DNA of 64,000 bases from Thermoproteota archaeon (GTDB lineage Archaea; Korarchaeota; Korarchaeia; Korarchaeales; Korarchaeaceae): NCBI GenBank assembly GCA_027492205.1, contig JAOZFN010000008.1:1-64000 (forward strand). Reading direction: 5' to 3'. The notes below the pieces were generated by a model. It searched no databases, was not told where the DNA came from, and saw only the letters and a list, made by a program, of their open reading frames with translations. The position numbers were made by a program, and so were the translations under genes. Within the stretch, counting starts at the first letter, position 1; the number at the start of each line of letters is the position of its first letter. Positions 57,717 through 64,000 of this stretch are shown piece by piece.

Positions 57717-58469
57717 TCAGCGCCACAGCACTTGAGAAAGGGCCAGCGTAATCTTCAGGGCCTCTGCCTCCTGAACCCTCCTCACGGCAGCGTACACGCG
57801 CAGCCCCTTCGCTATCGCTTCAATCGCGCCGTCTACTCTGTCCCTCCTGAACGGGCGGCTGACCTTGGTCTCCACGCGCGTTATCCCGTCATAGTCCCTG
57901 ACGAGCTGGACGCCGCGGCGCTTTAGCAGCCGATTTACGGTGGCTTGGCCGTGGAACCAGGTCAGTGACAGGTAGGGCGTTGAGACCCTGCCGTCCCCAA
58001 AGAAGATGAGTTCTGGGCTGTACCACGAGGTCCCGCAGGCTTCGCTCCAAGCGTCCTCGAACTCGTCCACGCTCTCCAGCGGCTGTGAGAGGGAGTCCAC
58101 GATCTCGTCGATCAGCCCCTCGCACTTGGACAGCCAACACCTAACGTAGACGCCGCGATCGCCGACGAGCCTCAGGCGCCCCATCAATAGGATATCCTCG
58201 CTTCTGACCTCGACCCAGCCATCTCTGGCCCTCCTGAGGGTGCCCTGTTCAAACCCCTCTCTGAGCCTGTAGAGGGGGATCCACTCAACCACCACGCCGG
58301 CGGGCTCCTCCACCACGGGGCGCGGCGGGGTCGCGCGAGTTTTGAAGTTAGCGACAGGCCTACCGGCCCTCCGGCCTCTCTGACTCTCCTGATACCCCTC
58401 ACAGTTTGCCTTGATGCCTGGTCCGCCTCTCAGCCAGGCCAAATAGCCCTTCGTATCCACGTCTCTCAT
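57717..58469 (-). CDS. Hypothetical protein; true start probably near 58294
   Basis: Open frame whose C-terminal 190 aa look globular; no recognised motif. Confidence 0.5.
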   Translation of the reverse strand: MRDVDTKGYLAWLRGGPGIKANCEGYQESQRGRRAGRPVANFKTRATPPRPVVEEPAGVVVEWIPLYRLREGFEQGTLRRARDGWVEVRSEDILLMGRLRLVGDRGVYVRCWLSKCEGLIDEIVDSLSQPLESVDEFEDAWSEACGTSWYSPELIFFGDGRVSTPYLSLTWFHGQATVNRLLKRRGVQLVRDYDGITRVETKVSRPFRRDRVDGAIEAIAKGLRVYAAVRRVQEAEALKITLALSQVLWR

Positions 58470-58808
58470 TATCCAAATTGATCGGGGGAGCTGGCGGCGT
58501 ATCCCAGACAGGCGAGTGGACCAGACCGAATCCCCCCTCGCCGCAGGCTCACCTCGTCCCCGATCACGCGCACGATCTCAGCGGCACCGTCCGATCCGAC
58601 TTCCGCGGGATGATGCACAGCAGTTCTATTGGGGGCGGCTTGGGATCAGCGCGGGGAGCTCGAGCGGGGGAAGGTGATTGGGTCGCGCGGGAGGCCTGGC
58701 TCCTGACTCCCAGGCTATCGGGCGAGGGGAGCCCAATGCTGGCCCCGCGGCGGGCCCCGATATGACGGCTGCCTATTGTTCTCGCTCGCGGAACTAAAAG
58801 GTGGGCGG

Positions 58809-59363
58809 TCAGGCCTTCGTGTATATCTCTATTCCCAACCTCTCAGACGCCTTGACGGCCGACTCCTCGGCGTACGGCGTCACCAGGATGAGCCTGGAGG
58901 GCCTCCTGCCGGTGGCCCGCTGGTAGAGTTCTGCCTTCCTCCTGAATTCGTAAACGTCCGACGGCCTCGCGTGGGCCGTGATTTCGATGAGGAGGACCCT
59001 CCCGTCCTTGACCGCCACGTCCACCTCCACGGGACTCGGGTAGCCGTACACGACGCCCTCCTCGTCGAAGAACTCCCACCTCTCCACCTCCAACCCGAGT
59101 TCCCTGCCGAGAATCCCCCGCAGCCCCTGCCTGAAGGCCTCCTCAGTGAGGAGGCCCCAGCGAGCTCCAAGGGCGGATATGTGTCTCTCGACCAGCTCGA
59201 AGCCCTTCACCATGTCCTCCCTGAGCCTGGCCATCTCCGCCAGGTGCCCGTCGAGCCTCCGCAGGATCTCGCTAACTCCAATCAGCCCGGCCACCGCGTA
59301 TCTGAACTCCTCGTCTCTCTTCAGCAGATCCAGGATCTTCCTCTTGAGTTCGACCTCCTCCAT
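58809..59363 (-). CDS. Coiled-coil plus PD-(D/E)XK nuclease-like protein (DUF3782/paREP-like)
   Basis: DEEFRYAVAGLIG, LGARWG...EEAFR and VEVDV...LIEI motifs. Confidence 0.82.
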   Translation of the reverse strand: MEEVELKRKILDLLKRDEEFRYAVAGLIGVSEILRRLDGHLAEMARLREDMVKGFELVERHISALGARWGLLTEEAFRQGLRGILGRELGLEVERWEFFDEEGVVYGYPSPVEVDVAVKDGRVLLIEITAHARPSDVYEFRRKAELYQRATGRRPSRLILVTPYAEESAVKASERLGIEIYTKA

Positions 59364-59616
59364 GGGGCTAACGCTCCCACGCTCGTTGATGAAGACCCAG
59401 GGCGGCAAAAAATTTTGGCATCTGGCTCCGGTTTGCCTGGGCCAGGCGGTCCCTCTGCAGGTAGCCCGGGTTCCCTAGCATGCCCCACTTCTGGCCCTAA
59501 CTGGGGATCTCAAGCCTACATTCCTCGCCGCGCACGCGCATTCGCCACAAGAGACCGCCGCTTCCAACCGGATCAAGAAGGCTCCACGAGATTCATTGAA
59601 TCGCCTCCCGAGGAGT

Positions 59617-60258
59617 TTACGCAAACGAGAGCACCCTGACCACAGCCAAAGCCCAAGAGGAAGTGTGAGCAGCCCTATAATCGCTCAAGAGCCTCCCTGC
59701 GAAACCTTCCCACTGAGAACGCGGACAGTGGTGTTGGGGCCACCGCTCCAACGGCCAGGGCTCCCCAGATCCCCGCATAAAACACCCTCGTTCCCATGGT
59801 CCCGTATGGGAGGAGGATTTTGCGCCAGGAGAAACTCCCCGCCCCTCCGTAGCCAGAGAGGATCAGGAGACCATGCCCGTCACGAGCAGACCTATGTACA
59901 GCTTGATCACCCTCATTGTAAGTTTGAGGGAGATTACCACGGCTGAAGCAGACCCGCGAATGCTGCAGGCGGCCAAGACGAGGGCTACCCCTCAGATCCC
60001 TTGACCTCGGGTTGAGATCCACGTTTCCGAGTTCGTGGTGAAGGAAGCCGGCGGCCACTTCGGCCAGGAACTCTGAGGAGAGTATCCCCGAGGCGGGCAC
60101 CCACGGATCCAGGCCCATGACCAAGAGGGAGGGAGAGCGTGCGTGGTGCCGTAGCCCATCCCCAGCGTCGATCCATGTACTCACAGATGAATGCTAGCGC
60201 GGCCAGAGTCAAGATAAGGCACGTGGGTGTCGCCACCGCCACTCGGGAGGGGTCGCAT
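59617..60258 (-). pseudogene. Decayed TauE/SafE (TSUP) transporter
   Basis: Fragments LAFICEYMD, GMGYGT, FLHHELGNVD, VALVLAACS and IKLYIGLLV lie in different frames; apparent internal deletion. Confidence 0.7.
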
Positions 60259-60265
60259 CTCCCGC

Positions 60266-60826
60266 TCAGGCGATTAGACCCATACCCCGCAGGGCCCCCA
60301 GGACGACCTCCGCCTCCTGCTCGGGAGTCATCGTCTCCGAGTCCACCACAACCTCCGGGCTCTCGGGCTCTTCATACGCGTCCTGCACCCCGGTCATGTT
60401 CCCCAGCTCTCCCCTGATGGCCCTCCTATACAGACCCTTCGGGTCCCTCCTCATGGCCGTCTCAAGCGAGCACCTCACGTAGACCTCGACGAACCTCAGC
60501 CCCTCCACCTCGACTATCTCCCTGACCTCCCTCCTGACACTCCTGTACGGCGAGACGAACGAGGCCACTACCGCCACTCCGTTTCTGGCCAGGAGCTTTG
60601 AGACGTAGGCCACCCTCCTGAGGTGTCGCTCCCTGTCCTCCCTGCTGAATCCGGCCTCCGGGCTGAGCCACCTCCTGACCTCGTCGCCGTCTAGCACCTC
60701 GACGCGCCAGCCCATCTCCCTCAGCTTCCTGGCCAGAACCCCCGCGAGCGTGGTCTTCCCTGCCGCCGGGAGACCCGTCAGCCAGACCACGAAACCCTCC
60801 CTAGGGGATCCGGGGCCCTCCGCCAC
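60266..60826 (-). CDS. cysC: Adenylyl-sulfate kinase
   Basis: WLTGLPAAGKTT, LDGD, GFSREDR, SPY, RDPKGLY and TGV...YE motifs. Confidence 0.95.
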   Translation of the reverse strand: MAEGPGSPREGFVVWLTGLPAAGKTTLAGVLARKLREMGWRVEVLDGDEVRRWLSPEAGFSREDRERHLRRVAYVSKLLARNGVAVVASFVSPYRSVRREVREIVEVEGLRFVEVYVRCSLETAMRRDPKGLYRRAIRGELGNMTGVQDAYEEPESPEVVVDSETMTPEQEAEVVLGALRGMGLIA

Positions 60827-60841
60827 CTCCAGGCACCTCCC

Positions 60842-62239
60842 TCAGCTCACGTCGACGAGGGGTTCCCCCCTCATTCCTCCGGGAATTTCCATCCCCACCA
60901 GCGACAGGATCGTGGGCGCCACGTCGTAGATCGTGGCTCCGAGCTCCCTGGGCTCCACCCTGTCCTCCGGATCGCGTATCAGATAGATCCCCTCCCAGTC
61001 GTGGACCGCGTCGTCGGGGCCGGTGTCGTTCTCCGGGAGGAACCACTCTCCGTGGCCCATCGTGCCGGCCGCGCGCCAGCTCAGGTCCCCGAAGTAGACC
61101 ATGAGGTCCGGGGCGTCCCCCCTCACCTCAGGGTAGATCTCGGCCGGCCTGTGGGCCTCCACGCCGAGGCTCCCGCCCCCGGGAACCCGGACCCTCCTCA
61201 GGTCGTCCACCAGCTGGGCCAGGGTGGACTCGAAGTCCTCCGGGCTCACCCTACCCTGGGGCTCCCTCCCCCTGAGGTTCACGAAGATCCTGGAGTAGTA
61301 GCCGCCCCACCCCCAGGCCACCGTCCTCTCCCAGTTCACCTTGACCTTCGCTAGTCCCGTCTGCTCCCTGGGCCTCTCCTCCAGGGCCAGGTAGCCGTTG
61401 TCCGCCAGCCACTCGTTGATCGCGAAGGCGCCGGTCATAGCCTTTGCCCCGTGGTCCGAGACGACGAGTATTGAGGCGTCCTTGGCGGCCCGAGCGAGCC
61501 TCCCTATTCCCTCGTCCAGGAGGCGGTAGTAGCGCTCGGCCACGTCGGCGAACTCGCTGTCCGGGACGTGCCTCGGGTGATCTGGGTCGAAGAACTTCCA
61601 GAAGGCGTGGTGGAGCCTGTCCAGTCCGATCTCGACGTACCACATCAGGTCCCACCTCTTCGCCCTCGCCAGGTGCTCGGCGACCCGGAGGTGCTGCCTG
61701 GTCATCTCGAAGAGCCTCTCCACCAGGGGGCCCCTGTCCTCGACCCTGAACTCCACGTCGTGTGTGAAGGTTCCCCCCGCGACCCTCTCGACCTCCAGCC
61801 TGAGCCACGGCGGGTGGGTGTAGTTCTTGGCCGTCGAGGGTGTGTGGAAGTCGCTGATCACCCACCCCTGAACCTTGAGGGGAGGGTAGGAGGGAGGGAA
61901 GGCTATCAGCAGGGCCTTCTTCCCCTCCCCGGCGGTGCGATCCCACACCGCCGGCCTCGTCAGGTTCCTGGAGGTCACTAGGTAGTACTCCCTGTACTCG
62001 CCGGGCCTCCTGTGCCTGAAGCCGTACATCCCCAGCTCCCCCGGAGTGAGGCCCGTGGCCATCACGGCCCAGGCGGGTACGGTTATGGGCGGGTGGCAGC
62101 TCCTCAGGGGGCCGTACCTGGCCCCGTCCATCAGCTCTGAGAGGTTCGGCATTTCGGGCAGGAACCTCTCGAACGCCAGCGACGGCGGCGCCGAGTCCAG
62201 CCCTATGACCATGACCCTCTCTCCAGCCACCTCAATCAC
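60842..62239 (-). CDS. Alkaline phosphatase superfamily (NPP-like) protein within the sat-cysC operon
   Basis: GLDS, PPITVPAW, DRLHH, SDHG, GPDDAVH and DVAPT motifs. Confidence 0.88.
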   Translation of the reverse strand: MIEVAGERVMVIGLDSAPPSLAFERFLPEMPNLSELMDGARYGPLRSCHPPITVPAWAVMATGLTPGELGMYGFRHRRPGEYREYYLVTSRNLTRPAVWDRTAGEGKKALLIAFPPSYPPLKVQGWVISDFHTPSTAKNYTHPPWLRLEVERVAGGTFTHDVEFRVEDRGPLVERLFEMTRQHLRVAEHLARAKRWDLMWYVEIGLDRLHHAFWKFFDPDHPRHVPDSEFADVAERYYRLLDEGIGRLARAAKDASILVVSDHGAKAMTGAFAINEWLADNGYLALEERPREQTGLAKVKVNWERTVAWGWGGYYSRIFVNLRGREPQGRVSPEDFESTLAQLVDDLRRVRVPGGGSLGVEAHRPAEIYPEVRGDAPDLMVYFGDLSWRAAGTMGHGEWFLPENDTGPDDAVHDWEGIYLIRDPEDRVEPRELGATIYDVAPTILSLVGMEIPGGMRGEPLVDVS

Positions 62240-63266
62240 TCCCCCCTCCTTCGAGGACGGCGGACCTCAGCCAGTCGAGGGCGCGGCGGGCGAACTCTCT
62301 CGCCTCCGGCTCGGGCAGGATGACGCCGACGGACTCCCGCTTCCCGCCCGCATTGTACCCGCTAGACCTCGCCATCTCGGCCAGGGACGTGAGGTCCAGG
62401 TCGAGCCCGTGGACCCTGGAGTATACCTGGGCGTACCCCCTCCTCCAGCGAGAGTTGATCGCGAGCACCGCGACCCGATCCCTGGACCAGGCGAACCTCC
62501 GCCCCACGGTGGAGATGAGGAGGTGGGGGGACTCGAACTCCACGTAGACGACGCTGCCGAAGTCTTCCACCCTGGCCTCTCTCAAGACCCTCTCGACCTC
62601 GGCCTCGGCGGACCTGTGCTTTATTATCCACTCCCCCATGCTCAGGAGCGATCTCGGATCCCCGTACCCCCTGCCGAGCGCGAAGACCGCGTCCCTGACG
62701 CCCTCCCTGTCCCCGACCCTGTAGTTCGCGTCGACGAGCTCGGCCAGCCTCTCGAGCTCCTCAACCCCCATTCCCAGCGAATCCAGCACTCTCAGCACCT
62801 CCCCGTAGACGGGGTGAGATCGGAGCGTGGGGCCCAGGTCGCCCGCGATGCCCAGGATCGATCGAAGGTCGGGCCGAGCTCCCATCAGGCGCGTGAGGTG
62901 CCAGCTCGCGGAGGGCTGACCCACGTCGACCAGCGAGATCCAGGAGGCCGGGAGGCGCCCCCTCGGCCTGACGTGGTGATCCACCAGCACCACCCTGCCG
63001 GCCCCGACCGCGGAGGCGGCCCTCTCCACGGACTCGACGGGCAGCGCCACGTCGAGCACCATCAGCGTGTCGAACGTCCCCAGGTCTCGCATCTCGTCGG
63101 CCGCCCGAGAGTCTAGCCAGTAGAACCCCAGCGGCGGCACGTAGAGCTCGGCGTGGTCTCCGAGCCAGTCGAGGATCAGGCTCGCGCTGGCGACGCCGTC
63201 GGCGTCCCAGTGGTGGAGGACGAGGGTGGCTCCGAGTTCTTCCGGATTCGGCAGCCTCGACTCCAT
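62232..63266 (-). CDS. DHH family phosphoesterase
   Basis: HHWDADG, LD, DHH and C-terminal GGK motifs. Confidence 0.8.
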   Translation of the reverse strand: MESRLPNPEELGATLVLHHWDADGVASASLILDWLGDHAELYVPPLGFYWLDSRAADEMRDLGTFDTLMVLDVALPVESVERAASAVGAGRVVLVDHHVRPRGRLPASWISLVDVGQPSASWHLTRLMGARPDLRSILGIAGDLGPTLRSHPVYGEVLRVLDSLGMGVEELERLAELVDANYRVGDREGVRDAVFALGRGYGDPRSLLSMGEWIIKHRSAEAEVERVLREARVEDFGSVVYVEFESPHLLISTVGRRFAWSRDRVAVLAINSRWRRGYAQVYSRVHGLDLDLTSLAEMARSSGYNAGGKRESVGVILPEPEAREFARRALDWLRSAVLEGGGSD

Positions 63267-63275
63267 CCCCTCCCC

Positions 63276-64000
63276 TCACCTGACGAAGGGGTCGTCGAAG
63301 CTCAGGATCGCCTCCGCCACCTCGGGCCTCATCACCTCCGGCGGCGGGACCTCCCCCCTCCCTATGAGCTCGCGTATCTTCGTCCCGCTGAACCTGATCC
63401 TATCGCTCTCGGGGTGGGGGCAGGTCCTCTCGTTGGCCAGCCCGCCGCACCTCCTGCAGTAGAAGAACTCCCTGAAGAACAGGGGTGTGATCCCGAGGTC
63501 CGGGAACTCCCTGAATATCTCCTGCGCGGCGTAGGGGGGGTAGAAGTTGCCGACGCCCGCGTGGTCCCTGCCGACGATGAAGTGGGTGCACCCGAAGTTC
63601 TTCCTCATGATGGCGTGGTGCACGGCCTCCCTCGGGCCGGCGTACCTCATCTCGTACCTTAGGATCGCGAGCACGGCGGTGTCCCTCGGGTAGTAGTGCT
63701 CTATCAGGGTCCTGTAGGCCTCGAGGATCACGTCGTCCCTGAAGTCTCCGGGCTTCTTCCTCCCGACGACGGGGTTGATGAACACGCCGTCGACGAATGC
63801 CAGGGCCGTCTTCTGCAGCTCCTCGTGTCCCCTGTGAGGGGCGTTCCTGGTCTGAAAGCCGACGACGGTCTTCCAGCCCTTCTCCTTGAAGAGGACGCGG
63901 GTCTCGACGGGCCAGAGGGTGTACCTCTCGTAGGGGTTAGGCACGGAGCCCACCAGCGTTACCCTCCCGCCCAGCAGGAGGTCTCCCATCTCGAGCGCGC
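63276..64000 (-). CDS. sat: Sulfate adenylyltransferase; 5' end lies outside the window
   Basis: FQTRN..HRGH, MRYAGPREA, RKNFGCTHFIVGRDHAG and CxxC...C.H zinc site. Confidence 0.95.
   Translation of the reverse strand, partial: ALEMGDLLLGGRVTLVGSVPNPYERYTLWPVETRVLFKEKGWKTVVGFQTRNAPHRGHEELQKTALAFVDGVFINPVVGRKKPGDFRDDVILEAYRTLIEHYYPRDTAVLAILRYEMRYAGPREAVHHAIMRKNFGCTHFIVGRDHAGVGNFYPPYAAQEIFREFPDLGITPLFFREFFYCRRCGGLANERTCPHPESDRIRFSGTKIRELIGRGEVPPPEVMRPEVAEAILSFDDPFVR

Overview
High-GC archaeal chromosomal segment. AGG/ATA codon use, TATA-type promoters, an ATP-dependent DNA ligase, NreA and an S-layer-type gene point to a thermophilic TACK-like archaeon; this taxonomy is inferred, not checked. 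The left ~39 kb holds housekeeping and accessory genes: a LipS1/LipS2 + split LplAB lipoate assembly cluster, DNA ligase, CcdA-thioredoxin, a TlpA-like redoxin, an amidohydrolase, two paralogous ABC-2 exporters around a ComA-wHTH fusion and a YeeE transporter, thrC, several toxin-antitoxin pairs and PIN remnants, a PadR-ABC operon, copA with a small TRASH protein, MoeB, NreA, heme O synthase and an MgtE-like permease. The right ~25 kb (39.4-64 kb) is a cell-surface locus: flippase, probable S-layer glycoprotein, GT4 and GT2 glycosyltransferases, two giant GT-C-like membrane paralogs sharing an identical 232-bp block, three alkaline-phosphatase-superfamily (AlkP) proteins, and a PAPS-generating operon (sat, DHH phosphoesterase, AlkP, cysC, decayed tauE). 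No canonical sulfotransferase or PAPS reductase is visible. The best candidate for an undescribed system is AlkP-based sulfation of surface glycans. No rRNA, tRNA, CRISPR array, integrase or intact transposase was recognised. All family calls come from motif recognition by eye, not database searches.
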